DNA from: Octopus vulgaris
Lineage: Eukaryota
DNA: 64,000 bases
NCBI GenBank assembly: GCA_951406725.2
Contig: OX597815.1
Coordinates: forward strand, 34,100,001 to 34,164,000
Direction of reading: 5' to 3'
The notes under the pieces are model-generated. The model was not told the DNA's origin, ran no database searches, and saw only the letters and a list, made by a program, of their open reading frames with translations. Of the stretch, positions 41,901 to 60,427 are shown piece by piece; the stretch's first letter is position 1; every line of letters begins with the position of its first letter. A program made the translations under genes and the position numbers.

Positions 41901-44037
41901 GCACATATTGTACATGTATATATATTTATTTATGCATATATACAGTACCAACAATTACATTAAAATGGCTGTCAAAATGCGATGCACTCGTACGAAAAAA
42001 ATGTGGTTTCTAGTTGATAATATACTAAGATATTTCTTACAAAACGTTGTTTTTATGTGGGTTTGGTGGAAGGTTGGTTAGAGAATGGATAGTTAATTCT
42101 GTCGACCTTTCGCGAACTTGACATCACTAACATTTAGAAACGCTTTATGAATTAAAATAGAACTACCTCATCTTATTTTATTTATTTATTTATTTATTTT
42201 CTCCAACACATTTCCAGTTTGAATCGAATTTATTGTTACTTCTGCATTATTTCCTGCATCATGTGAAACTCTGGCAGTGGCCGTACTGCAGTTATTTTAT
42301 GACTTTACATCGTGATGGCTCACGTGTCGAGCAAGCTTTTAAAAACCTTCTCTTTCTCTACTTTGCAATAAGACCGATTTTTGCAAAAGAAGGTTAGCTC
42401 TATTAAATACACTACTACATCGTCCAGGTGGATAATGATTAAACCACAGATGGATGAAAAGTAAATTCAACAACGGTAAAATTTGAACACATTACCTAAA
42501 GGGACAAAAACTAAATAATCTAGCGCAGATAGTACGTTGTTCTACTACCTCACTCACCTCCACAGTTTTCTCGTTATCTTAATTTTGATGAAACAGATCA
42601 TAGTTTATCGATTGTTAGGGTTGTTGGTAAGAAATCAATATATATATTCATACGGTGTTCTTGTGTCCTTTTCATATGCAATTAGGACCGTTACATTCAG
42701 TGAATGAACTTCAAATTATATTGCCAGATTCCTTTTGATGGGCATCAATTCTAGTCTAATCCTAAGTTATTTCCTGTTTGTTGATCGATTATGTTCTACA
42801 TTCCTTAAAATTAATGATGAATATTAGAATATTATTCTACTTTTTTTCCTTTACCACAGCTGAAAACAAAAATCAGTTTTTACTCTGTCAGTAACTTATG
42901 CTTGGACGTATAAGAACAACAAAAGTTTTATTATCTTGTCCTCATGACGCTTTCTCGGGCAACTAAAGACATTTATTCCTTTGTTGTGGTAATATTAAAG
43001 AGATTACGAAAGATAAGTGATGTTCAAATACAAATAACAAGCAGAGAATAGAAAATAAATACGCTAAGAAGCTTTGAAATGAAATTTAACATGACATCAT
43101 TTTTATCCTTAAGTATTTTTAAACTTATGCTGCCGTGAAATAAGAAAAATGTATAAAAGCAATGCCAGAGAATAGCATACATTAAAGGAATTGCCGTTCA
43201 TGTATTTGATAAAAGACTGAAATAAAGGTTAAAGAAAACTTTGTAGAGATATGGTTGATCAGAAATGCTGATCAATATAATTCCTTTCTGTTCAAAAGCT
43301 ATAACAATCTCTCTCAGAAATGGTTTTAATATTAAAGGTCTTTCTACTTTCGAATATATTTCAAATATACATATCTTCTTCGTCTTGTTAACCTCTTCAA
43401 AACGAAATAAAAAGGAAATATACTTCTTGTATTTTATTCTTTCTAAGGAAAAAATAAAATAAAATAAAATAAAATGACTGCTAAAATAACTTGGAATATT
43501 TTAGGGCTTGGAATTTGATAATAAGGACTTGAGTTGATACACTGTCGACTTACTGGTTCCATTGTAGACATTTCTCGACACACCATCAGTGATTCTCTGT
43601 ATCAATGTTCACTGTGCTTTTATCTAATAGACCAATCCATTTAACTGCAAGGACACAAGAAAAAAATACAGTTTACTACTATAAGCAGCTGGAACACTAT
43701 ATAATTGACGAACGTTTCCTTTTGCATTGGTTTAGTCTGGTGAAGGGACTTTACCCACGGACTTCGCAGGCCCTTCAAAAGGGGTGCAAGTGATACCTTT
43801 AATTTTATCTTGAACAGTTGCAAACCAACAGTTGCTGGGGAGAGGGGGACAAACACTTGCAAGGTGGGAACTCCAAGGGGTGACGTTCAGGGTAGGAACA
43901 AATGGACATAGTAGTCATTCGGGCACTGTAGGTGGCGGAATAATATAAGTGACAGAAGTGGAGAGACAAATTGGTCTGAAGTGCTGAGTGAAGGTAGGAT
44001 GAAAGCAGCGAACTCCGAGAAGCAGAGGTTACTTTAA

Positions 44038-44205
44038 GTAACGGTAGAAAAGGCAGAGGGAGCAGACAGTTAGTCTGTGTGTTTGAGGCTGTATGTAACG
44101 GTAGAAAAGACAGAGGGAGCAGACAGTTAGTCTGTGTGTTCGAGGCTGTATGTAACGGTAGAAAAGACAGAGGGAGCAGACAGTTAGTCTATGTGTTTGA
44201 AGCTG
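44038..44205. repeat. 57-bp tandem repeat, about 3 copies
   Basis: gtaacggtagaaaag(g/a)cagagggagcagacagttagtct... starts at 44038, 44095 and 44152. Confidence 0.95.
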
Positions 44206-45419
44206 GAGTAAGTCCATTTTCTTTCGATGCAGCTTCGAATGTTTGTGTATGTTACAGTAGTACCAGCTCAGATATGGTGTAAGTACACCATTCTGGATAT
44301 CACCAGAGCTTTGTTGAGGGTTATTAGTTTTGGCGGTGGAGTGGTGAAGTGTTCTCTTGCTCTGAAGGAGAAAGCCAGTATTTATGACGATCTTTGCCGC
44401 ATTGGGGATGAGCGTCGCATGTGAGATCCTGCTGTATCGCGAGCCTGGTATTTGAAGTGTTTGTGTGGGTTGTGTTTATGTTTAAGACAGTGACTTGCGA
44501 TAATAATTTTTCGCGTATGAAGTAACTGAAGTTTCTCTTCTTTTCTTCTCTATTGAAGAAGACAAAATTGTCATGTCCAATTAACAGGGTTTTTCGAAGC
44601 TTGTTTACGGAGTCCGTGAAACTATAGGTCAATGTTATTCACTTTGTGTTTTAGAAGTATTTTATTATTTATTTTAAAAATTCATCTTGAAGAAAAGTAC
44701 CGTTGCTGTTAGGATTTCCACGTATCTATGCATGAAAATCGAAATAACTAAATAAATTTATCTAGATAAATGGTTTGTTTGTATATTTACATGATGAAAC
44801 TCGAAGGATAATGAAAAGAAATGTGAATTCGAAAAGGTTTCATTAACAAAACTCCAAGTGCCCTGTCGATACTTAAAGAAAGACCTGGGGAGAAATTGAC
44901 AGAAGTTTTACAAATCTTTAACCCCAGTCTTCGATGATTCGCTAATGCTAATAGAAATCGTTCATGGAGATCTTGCAGCATTGTGAATTTGTGGCACGTG
45001 TACTCTGTGCTCTTTTGTGTATTTTGCTACATGGTCTGTGTATCACATCCTGTCATGACAATAACATATAAAACAAGCCACTCTACTAAATACGTGAGAA
45101 ACAAAAGTTATAGGAATATTTTCTTTTCTGCAGTCCGACATTAACTCTTAAAAATATATTTCATAATTCTATATCTCAGGAATATATCTGAAGTAGTTAT
45201 CTCATGAAGACATCAGATAAAAACATATGTTAAAGTTACAGAGGATAGTATTTCATAAAGTTATTAAGATGTTGAGATCGTATGAAGATATTTGATAAAG
45301 ATATCGTATAAAGCTTCTTGATATAGTTATTTTCATGAAAATATTCTTTAAAGTTATCCCATAAAGATAGCTGATAAAAGTCATATTATAAAAAGCTTGA
45401 TAATGCCACTCCATAAGGG

Positions 45420-48520
<3,101 letters not shown>

Positions 48521-49099
48521 TTTACTTTTTCTGAACAAATTCCTGCCTTCCGGTTGCATCCATGTTGAGATACGCCACTCCATAACTGTTTCGCATAATG
48601 TCTATTCTTGCGCGCATAACTCGTAAATATAGCGAGAAAGCTTGGCTTTTCCTAATGAGATTAATTGGTGTTATTATTTCAAGAAAGACTAGTACGTCCA
48701 TCCTCTGGTAATGATACACTGAGATCAATTACCGTTGCCTTCTTCAGAGCCACGATTTGAGCTTAGCCTACAAGGGATCGAAGCACTGGTCTAATTATAA
48801 CTGAGTTATTCCCTGCCTGCCAGTATTGAATGGCTTCGACGATATCTTTATTTGACCCAACCAATCGCAGCTAATGTTCCAAGGAAGCCCTACGTTAATC
48901 ACATAGCCAAGGCTGTGTTATACGGCTGAGTTTCTCTTCACTCGGAAAAGACAAAGTTACTGCAGCTTTGATTGGATGTTATTTAGGAATCTTTATGTAC
49001 ATGTAATAATGATCAGCAATGTTTGATGAAATAGTGCTTGTTATTGTCGTGATGGTGGTAGCTTTGTTCACAGTTTTGGTGACGGTTGGTGATTTTCTT

Positions 49100-49720
49100 A
49101 TTTTAAGTTATAGTAGTCGAGGTCTTGTTGAGAAGCTTTGTGGTGATTCTGCTTGTTGTACAGATTGTGTTTGTAATGGTGTTGGTGGTGCTACTTGTTC
49201 TAGTGGTGATAGTCTTGATGAGAGTCTGAATGTTATTGTTAGCATAAGTCTCATTGAGTGTCTTAGCTCCGGTGGTACTCTTGTTGAAGGTGAGTTTTAG
49301 CAATTGCATTGATCATATTGAGAGTTTGACGTTGGCGGTGAATGTTCTTCAGAGTCGTAAATATACCAAGGGTCTTGACGAGAATGAGTCTTTGTGATAG
49401 TAGTAGACTTCCTGAGTGTTTTCACGTCAATGGAAGTGTTCTTGGGAGTCTTAAATATATTGAAGGTGATGCTGAGAGTGAGTTCTAGTGATTGTAGAGG
49501 TTTCGTTGAGAATTTTGACGTTAATGTAGGTGTTTTTAAATCTTAAATATATTGCAGGCTTTATTGGGGGAAGTCTTAGTGATAGCAGTGGTCTATAGTC
49601 ATGTTGAGAGTCTTGACGCCAGTGAAGGTGATTTGGGGAGTCATAGATATTAGAGGTCTTATTGAGAGTTTTATTCAGTGGTGGTTTTGTCGAGGGTATT
49701 AGTGGCTGCTTATTGAGCTT
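49100..49720. repeat. Degenerate minisatellite with a ~94-bp higher-order period
   Basis: Units start near 49318, 49412, 49506 and 49604 (ttgagagt..tgacgt...taaatata...gtgat). Confidence 0.7.
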
Positions 49721-49809
49721 TCTGACAATAATAACGATTGTGACAATGCTCTGATTGGTGCCTTATAGCACTGTATAATAAAATTTAATTTTGTTTTTGT
49801 CTTTGGCCA

Positions 49810-50124
49810 GTAAGTGTCATTTCTTATTTGCTTCTATCTAGAAATCAAAGGAAATGACTACCACTCCCTTCAAACTTTGCTTTTGCGACCTGGACATCAA
49901 TGTTTTGAACCTGGCCTATTTTCCATTACATTTTGAGACAGATTCAACGCTGAGTTGCTGAAGCGGAAATATCGTTATAGCAAATATCATGTTCAATACC
50001 ACAGGTTTGCTTGTCGGTTGCTTGACCTTAGTGACTGACAATATGTGCATCTCTTATCATGAGCAGAAGTAGTGGGGAAGCATCATAGCCATGTGTTGAG
50101 AAGGATTCTTTGGGCTTTGAATAA
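49810..50124 (+). mobile_element. Family D retroposon fragment
   Basis: caataccacaggtttgcttgtc...gagcagaagtagtggggaagcatcatagccatgtgttgag matches 3380-3530; the upstream boundary is uncertain. Confidence 0.7.
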
Positions 50125-50519
50125 ATGTAACAAAAGTAATGTTGTAAGGAAATGTTAACCATTTTCCATACTTTCTAGGGATAAGCAAATAGGAAATAAC
50201 AGTTGCCATCCAAGGACAAAAATCGAGTAATTAGAGTGTAATTAGAGTCAGTCATGTTGTTGGCGGAGGAGCTGTGAATACTTTTATTTTTACATTGATA
50301 AAGTTCACAAATTTAAAGGGGTAAGTTATAAATTCTGTTGAATCAACGTCTTAGTATTACTGGTACTCTTATTTGTAGACCACAAATGATTGAAAGATCA
50401 TGTTTACTTCAAAGTGGTGAATTCCACTTCAACCACGATCGAGTAGATCAATGTTCAAAGGCGTTCTAGCCATGACCATCTTAACTTCTTAAAGATGCAG
50501 TTGTATCCCTTCGCTTTTC

Positions 50520-51400
50520 AGCGATGATGGTTGTGGTTGCGGTTGTGACTATGGTTGTGACTATTGAAATGGTGTTGAAGGTGGTAGCGCTGGTAGTGGT
50601 AATAGTGGTAGCGGCGTTGATAGTGCTGGTGCTGGTGGTGGTGGTGGTGGTGGTAGTAGTAGTAGTAGTAGTGCTTGTAATGGCAGTGGTTTTGGTAGTG
50701 ATAATGGTGGTGGTGATGGTGGTGACGGTAGTGGTGGCAATGCTTGTGGTGGTTTGATTGTAGTGATGTTGGTACTGCTGGTTGTGTTGTTGTTGGTGAT
50801 GGTGGTGGTGTCGGTGATAGTAATTGTGGTGGTGGTAAAGGTGGTGGTAATGGCAATGGTAATGGTGGTGGTGGCAATGGTGATGATGGTGATAAGGAAA
50901 GTGGGGGATAGACGATGGTATAATGTATAGGGATTACATCAAATGATTCATCACTGATTCATACGTACAGAAGAGGAAAGAAAAAAAGAAAAGAAAGGAA
51001 AAGGGTGGATCGAAGAGGAGGAAGAGGGGATGAAAGTGAGAGTGAGAGAAGGAGGGAAAGAGGGAGGGAGGGAAGGAGGGAAAGCGATGTAAGAAATGTA
51101 TGTATTCATCATCCGCCAATTCTCTAACTGTCAGTGGCATCATTGTCGTCGCCGCCGTTGCCTCCACCGCCAACAGATGGAGTGCGCTGCCATGAATGTG
51201 ACCATCACTATCATATCCACAGCATCCCTATCACAACACTGTATCCTACCCCCTCCCCTCACTTCAATAATCACTAGCAGAGTAAAGATAGATGATTATC
51301 GCTACCCTGGGCACGACGACGACGATGACCACCACCACCACCACCACCACCACCACTACTACTACCACCACCACTGCTACCACCACCACCACCACCACCA

Positions 51401-51434
<34 letters not shown>

Positions 51435-51989
51435 CACCACCACCACTGTTATCACCACCACCACCACCACCACTGCTACCAACATCACCACCACCATCAC
51501 TACCAACAACAGCATCACCACCTTCAGTTTAGTCTCTGTCGTCATCACACCCACTCTATTATCAGCCCACCACAGCCACAAAACAATACAACAGTAACAA
51601 CACTATACTACCACAACAACCACAAAACTACAACCATACCAGACTATACACATCACAAACATAACAACACGACAGCTACAGGGCCACAACACAACCACAT
51701 CTTTACAACGACCACATCGGAACACACTGCAACGAGAACTTCATCACCGTAACAACGATACAACACAACAATCGCATCACAACAACCACAGTAAATCACA
51801 CACTTCATAGCAACAACAACAACAACAGCAGCAGCAGCAGCAGCAACAACGAGAACAACAACAGTAGATGACACTACCACAAGAGCAGCCTCACAACACC
51901 ATCATAACATCTACATAATAGCAACCATAACAACAACCAAAAACAATAACAGCGTCAACTGACTTTCTTGTACTGCTGCGATTTCACGA

Positions 51990-52036
<47 letters not shown>

Positions 52037-52081
52037 TAAAATATATATATATATATACACATACCACCACCACCACCACCG

Positions 52082-52123
<42 letters not shown>

Positions 52124-52234
52124 CCGTCATCATCACCGTCGTCATCATCATCATCATCATCATCATCAACAACATCATCATCATCATCGTCATCATCATC
52201 GTCATCATCACCATCATCATCATCGTCCTCGTCG

Positions 52235-52266
<32 letters not shown>

Positions 52267-52410
52267 GTCATCATCATCATCACCATCATCATCGTCATCG
52301 TCGTCATCATCATCATCATCATCACCATCATCATCATCATCGTCATCATCATCACCGTCATCACCGTCATCATCATCATCATCATTATCATCATCATCAT
52401 TATCATCATT

Positions 52411-52444
<34 letters not shown>

Positions 52445-52600
52445 CAACAAATACCGGCAGCAACACTTACATATCAACCAAAACAACTAACATGCCGCCG
52501 TCACCAACCACCACCTCTAAAACCAAAACAAACTTTACAGCTTCTATCAACAAAAACATTAAAACCTCCACCACCAGACGATACTACATCCACCATAAAC
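50520..52600. repeat. Trinucleotide low-complexity field: (GGT)n, then (ACC/AAC)n, then (CAT)n
   Basis: Direct reading; source of the poly-H/V/T/M ORFs. Confidence 0.92.
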
Positions 52601-52799
52601 ATGACAAATACTAACCTATCTTGTATCATAATCGATATAATCGGCTCCTTCGCAGCGCCGCACCGCCTCATCTTCCTCCTAGACTACGCCGTCCTCTCTT
52701 CACCATACTTTGTAGTTCAGAGAGGATGTCCATCTGTCAACACAGAAACAAATGACAGTCATATTGGATTCTGTAAGTGTAGATGTTAACAGTGTGTGT

Positions 52800-54060
<1,261 letters not shown>

Positions 54061-54064
54061 TAAG

Positions 54065-54206
54065 GAGTTTTAGTCGAAAAAATCAACACTAGTACTATCG
54101 GTCCCTTTTTGCCGAACTGCTAAGTTACAGGGACATAACACACCAACATCGGTTGCCAAGCGATGGTGGGGGGGGGGGGGGTATAAACACAGGCACAAAC
54201 AAACAA

Positions 54207-54243
<37 letters not shown>

Positions 54244-54750
54244 TTTACTCTTTTACTTGTTTCAGTCATTTGACTGCGGCCATGCTGGAGCACCGCCTTT
54301 AGTCGAGCAAATCGACCCCGAGACTTATTCTTTGTAAGCCCAGTACTTATTCCTTCGGTCTCTTTTGCCGAACCGCTAAGTGACAGGGACGTAAACACAC
54401 CAGCATCGGTTGTCAAGCAATGCTAGGGGGACAAACACATACACACAAACACACACATACATATATATATATATACATATATGCACATATATACAACAGG
54501 CTTCTTTCAGTTTCCGTCTACCAAATCCACTCTCAAGGCATTGGTCGACCCGGGGCTATAGCGGAAGACACTTGCCCAAGATGCCACGCATTGAGACTGA
54601 ACCCATACATACGACGGGCTTCTTTCAGTTTCCGCCTACTAAATCTACTCACAAGTGTTTGGTAGGCCCAAGGCTTACGCAGTGGGACTGAACCCGGAAC
54701 CATGAGTTTGAGAATCAAGCTCCTTCCAGCACTGCCACGCCTGCGCCTAT
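54065..54750 (-). mobile_element. Nested or tandem SINE family B copies (a young copy at 54241-54605 plus older fragments)
   Basis: Repeated ggcttctttcagtttccg at ~54500 and ~54618, and repeated gccgaac..ctaag segments. Confidence 0.85.
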
Positions 54751-54823
54751 TTACTTACATCGCTCTTTCTCCTCCTCTTTCGCAAATGTGTAAATTTTAC
54801 TCATTTGTAAAAATTACATTTCT

Positions 54824-54824
<1 letters not shown>

Positions 54825-54854
<30 letters not shown>

Positions 54855-55007
54855 GATAAATAAATAAATAAATAAATAAATAGATAAATAAATATAGTGT
54901 TGGACTCTTGAGATAATATTCTTCTTCTTCTTCTTCTTCTTCTTCTTCTTCTTCTTCTTTTCCTCCTCCTCCTTCTTCTTCTTCTTCTTATTATTATTAT
55001 TATTATT

Positions 55008-55042
<35 letters not shown>

Positions 55043-55080
55043 TATTATTATTATCATCATTATTATTATTATCATCATCC

Positions 55081-55135
<55 letters not shown>

Positions 55136-55136
55136 A

Positions 55137-55231
<95 letters not shown>

Positions 55232-55240
55232 TGTTGTTAT
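54825..55240. repeat. Compound (TAAA)n, (CTT)n, (ATT)n, (ATC)n, (GTA)n microsatellite
   Basis: Direct reading. Confidence 0.95.
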
Positions 55241-55638
55241 TAACACAACTACTATACGAAATAGATTAGACATGATTCTTCCGCTCACAAAACCTAAAAC
55301 TCGTGTACTTTATAAGATGTATGTCTCTGGCGGTTACAGAGTGAATGACTTATAAGTCAATGCTCTCTAAGCAGATGTATATATATATCTCGTTCCCTAG
55401 TTAGGCAAAATGCACAAAAACACCCGAGACAAGATTGCTGCGGAAATCAAGAGACAACATGACCGAACAACGGAAATTCTTCCACAAACAAATTTTGTAT
55501 AATAATAAAATAACAGCTGGTATGGAGTACATAGTGACCAAAAACAAAAAAAAAAAAAAAGAACTATCTAACTTGCTAATATAAAAAAGTTGAATATATT
55601 TGTTGATCTTTCTCTCTCTCTTTCTTGCTTTCTTTCCT

Positions 55639-55704
<66 letters not shown>

Positions 55705-55832
55705 TCTCACGCTCACAAACGCAATCTCTTCAATCTTTTTAATTAGCAAATAAATGATTTTCTTAAATAAGTGAATTTAGAGTTTTGCACATAAGGAATC
55801 TATTAAAATTGCAATCCTTATATGACACACAC

Positions 55833-55864
<32 letters not shown>

Positions 55865-56097
55865 TCATACACAGACATGTATGCATCTTTATGTACTTAT
55901 ATACATGCCTACATCTATACATCCATATATATAAACATATATGTACGTACCTACCTCTACATGTACATATACACGCATATATGAGTACAGGACACCAAAA
56001 GGACGTCGAACACAATGAGAAACGAAAACATAGACACAAACCAAAGGAACTGGACATTTATTTAAAAACAGCAAAAAAATAGAGTACAGGACAATTA

Positions 56098-56179
<82 letters not shown>

Positions 56180-56196
56180 GTGTGTATGTACGTATA

Positions 56197-56575
56197 GGCG
56201 TAGGAGTGGCTGTGTGGTAAGTAGCTTGCTTGCCAACAACCACATGGTTTCGGGTTCAGTTCCATTGCGTGACACCTTGGGCAAGTGTCCTCTACTATAG
56301 CCTCAGGTCGACCAAAACCTTGTGAGTGGATTTGTTAGACGGAAACTGAAAGAAGCCCGTCGTATATATATATATATATATATGCATGTGTGTATATGTT
56401 TGTGTGTCTGTGTTTGTTCCCTCAACATCGCTTGACAACCGATGCTGGTATGTTTACGTACCCGTAACTTAGCTGTTCTTTTGCCGAACCGGTAAGTTAC
56501 GGGAACGTAAACACACTAGCATCGGTTGTCAAGCGATGTCGGAGAGACAAACACAGACATACAAGCATATACATA
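56197..56575 (+). mobile_element. SINE family B with a fold-back (inverted) 3' part
   Basis: The forward copy runs to 56478, then the reverse complement of its own middle follows at 56486-56573. Confidence 0.88.
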
Positions 56576-56577
56576 CA

Positions 56578-56946
56578 AGCCATTAAAGTGACACTGGCGA
56601 AAAATATACGAAGCCCAGTATACCCATCATGACTACCCGTCTGATAAGGGTACACTAGGCACATGCATCACAACCATATGTGCGCGACATGGTGATCTCA
56701 TCAAGATAAACAGCGCATGACCTTGCAGGTGGGGTGGGGGCATTTAGAATTTTCTTCTGGTCGAGTAACCCATCCCGCTCAAAAGGTCCTTGAATAAGGG
56801 TTGTTTAAGGATGTTGAACAAAACACCCATGCTTCCAGAGGTGAATTATTCAAACCCCAAAGAACTCTCAACACATGGCTATGATGCTCAACCACTACTT
56901 CTGCTCGTGGTCAGAGATGCACATATCGTCAGCCACTACGGGACAT
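56578..56946 (-). mobile_element. Family D retroposon fragment
   Basis: Matches 2704-3070. Confidence 0.8.
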
Positions 56947-57225
56947 TTAAAATCCAGATAGATTAATGTTATTCTACCAATTATATACATTTTAATTATT
57001 TTTTTGCAATTTACTTAATCATTTGTATTTTATTGTTATTTTAATTTTAATATTCCTGTTATATGTAATTTTTTAGATAGTGTAATTTAATTGTTCATTT
57101 TGAATTGATAAAAGGTTTTTTTTTCTAATTTATATATATATATATATATTATATTTTGTGAAATTTCATTTAGTATTTCTAAATTGAATTTTTTCCCTGT
57201 AAGTTAGGATTAATATTCCCTCAAA

Positions 57226-57261
<36 letters not shown>

Positions 57262-58093
57262 CGGTTCAAAAACGGTGTGGGAATGAACCGGTTTTTAACC
57301 TAGATCCAAAGCTCCTTCATTGGAATTTCAACAACATCAACCAGGTATTTTAGTATGTGTGTGCACATGTGCAGATTTGTAAGTTTTGTTTTATGTATGT
57401 ATTCTCATGCATATAGTTGCATGTCTAGACATGCTCATATATACTTAAATGGTAAATTCTGGAAATTTAAAAAAAATTTCATAGTTCCAGTGATGACTTT
57501 GGTCTGTAGCCTTCAAATTAGGCTTCTCCTGGTTTTGAAAAGGCAGTTTCTTACATATCTTAGTTCCCCCAAAATTACAGTTATAAACCTGAATTTGTAA
57601 TCCGGGTATAGTAACTGTAAATTTCTCAAGATGGACCTCGAATAAAGCTGTATAGACTAATAATCAATCGAAAGCAGCTGGAGGCAAATGCAATTGCGAA
57701 GTGGCTATGCAACAGAAACCTAAATAGGACACATTGAAATCAAATATGTTGTATAATTGACTGTAGGAATAAGAAAAAAAATACGCAGATCTGCTAATCT
57801 GTGTATTCATTGTAATTTTCTTGGATATACGCTCGTTAAAATATTTATAACACAGCTGCGAGAACCTACGATTTACCCATCGGATGAAATACTTTCGGAT
57901 TGCTAACCTTAAATAATCCTGAGTGCTCCTTACAACTCGATGCGGTTATCCATCATAACCTAGATTATAATTGACTGCTCGAACTGGTCCCGCCTGGATA
58001 TTTTATCCCTAACTAGTCATTATTTACATATGCATACATATACATACCTACATACCTACCTACATACATACATACATACATACATACATACAT

Positions 58094-58182
<89 letters not shown>

Positions 58183-58384
58183 AGACCAAAAGGGTACGGG
58201 CGTCGCTATATATATATGTATATGTAAAAATACAAACTGAGACAAGAACGTCCTAGTTTGTATATATATATATATATATATAGATATATGCAGACATGAC
58301 AGAAATAAATATACACCTCATAAAATATCGTTTATGTTTATTCTAACTTGTAACGGTTTATACGTCTTATTAATTGAAATTTTT

Positions 58385-59070
58385 ATGCCATGTACAAAAG
58401 AAGCCTTGGAACAAAGGAATCCTTGGAACTATCTGAATTTCAAAGAGGCCGTATTGTGGTTCATTCTAAAGGTGGGCGTAGCTAGCGTAAGATCGCAGAA
58501 AACCTTGGGATCCTACTTTCTACAGTTAATAGTGTGATTGCACAATTCACCTTGGAAGGAGTCCATATCACCTCGCCCAGATCAACCATGGCCCTCTGAC
58601 GGGACCATTCTCTTTGTTAAGAGATGTTTGGAGGATAATCCTCGTTGCAAGGCCTCTGGCATAGCGGAACAAGTTAAGGTCAGTCCCTGAATAGCTGTCA
58701 GGTATCTCCACAAACTTGGTTACTATGGCAGAGCAGCAAGAAGGAAGCCACATCTTCAACTAGCCAACATCAAACGGAGAAAAGATTGGGCCAGTGAGAT
58801 GATGGAGAGGCTACTAGCATTTTGGGACACTGTCATATTCTCTGATATGTCCAGATTTGCTGTATTTCCTGACAGTGGTCGAGTGTGGGTCTGGAGACTC
58901 CTGTGATCAAGAATTTGATGTGAAAAGATTGCTGCCAACAATGAAACATGGCAGCTATACTGTAATAGTCTGGGGAGCGATTTGGAACAATGGTTGATCA
59001 GAGCTGATAGAGTGTGAGGGAAATATAAACTCGGATAAATATGTGTCCATATTGCAGGACTCTTTCCAAT
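58385..59070 (+). mobile_element. Tc1-like transposase pseudogene (3'-truncated)
   Basis: ELSEFQRGRIV...RKIAENLG...[30 protein letters not shown]...[12 protein letters not shown]...VWVWR...PTMKHGSYTVIVWGAI...EGNINSDKYVSILQ, with stops and frameshifts. Confidence 0.92.
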
Positions 59071-59099
59071 GATTTAAGAAGTCAGTCACGGTGATCACG

Positions 59100-59179
<80 letters not shown>

Positions 59180-59188
59180 TATATATAT

Positions 59189-59290
59189 AGGTGTGGCAGT
59201 GTGGTAAAAAGGTTACTTCGCAACCACATGGTTCCGGGCTTAGTCCCACTGCGTGGAACCTTGGGCGAGTGTCTTTTACTATAGCCTTGT
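59189..59290 (+). mobile_element. SINE family B head
   Basis: gtggcagtgtggtaa...caaccacatggttccgggcttagtcccactgcgtggaaccttgggcgagtg. Confidence 0.85.
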
Positions 59291-59330
59291 ATGTATATGC
59301 ATGTATGTGCGTATGTACACAAGCATAACT

Positions 59331-59644
59331 GGCGCTCCGTTGGCTGCGACGATCAGGGTCCAATTAACTTGATCAACGGAACAGACTTCCTGAAATTAAC
59401 CTGACGTGCAAGTGGTTGAATACACCACAGACAAGCATACCCTCAACGTTGTTCTCAAGGAGATTCAGCGTGGATGCCGAGTGGGACAAAGCTGGTCCTT
59501 TGAATTACAGATACGACATATATTCGCCTGCTGATTAAACGACACGTTGTTGCGTTCTTGCGCAACACACAACGCGCTGCCAGGAATCGAACTCACGATT
59601 TTACGATCAGAGCCGCATACTCTAAACCACTAAACCACGCATCT
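59331..59644 (-). mobile_element. tRNA SINE sharing the family C 3' tail but with a different middle
   Basis: Head gcgtggtttagtggtttag...gagttcgattcctgg; tail similar to 9340-9480. Confidence 0.75.
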
Positions 59645-60427
59645 ACACACACACACACGCACACAAACACACACACACACACATGCACAGACGTATACAT
59701 ACATGCATGCATACATACATATATACATACATACATACATACATACACATACATACATGCATACATACATACATACATACATACACACATACGTACATAC
59801 ATACATGCATACATACATACATACATACATACATACATACATACACACACACAAACACACACACACACACATAACCTGTATTGAGTTCTATTTATGCCAA
59901 TCATGCATGCATACATGTGTTGATGTATACAAAAAGAGTAGCATGGCCAAATGGTTACAATGATTGCTTCGCAACCACGTGGAACCGTATTCAGTCCTAC
60001 CTAACAATCTTGTAATTTTTTGTATACTCACTACACACACACACACACACACACATACTGTCAGGAATCTTCAAGTAGTATCTTTGACTTCCAATATTCT
60101 GCGAGAACAAGTCTGGCCATGAGAATATTACGTTAGAAACAAAGAAGGGCTGGCGACTGGAAGGACATCCGGCTAGCGCTGGATTAGCCATAAAGTAAAA
60201 TAAGCACGTGCTTAGGGCATCAAGGGATGGGTGTGGAGCATCACAGAATAGAAAATGGCTTACGGCACAAAAGAAATCAATTTAAACTTGCTAAAATACT
60301 ATTTGAAGTGGTTTATAGAAGAAAACTTTTCTAGTATAAATAAAGTGGAATTACACAATAAATCATACAAAAATAAATATTGTTTTCCATCTTACTGTTA
60401 GTTTTGTTTCATATTGAAAATTTTATT

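Noticed and set aside
50518-52466. His-, Thr-, Val- and Met-rich ORFs resembling mucins or metal-binding proteins
   Set aside because: They derive from trinucleotide repeats open in multiple frames, with no domain or splice evidence.
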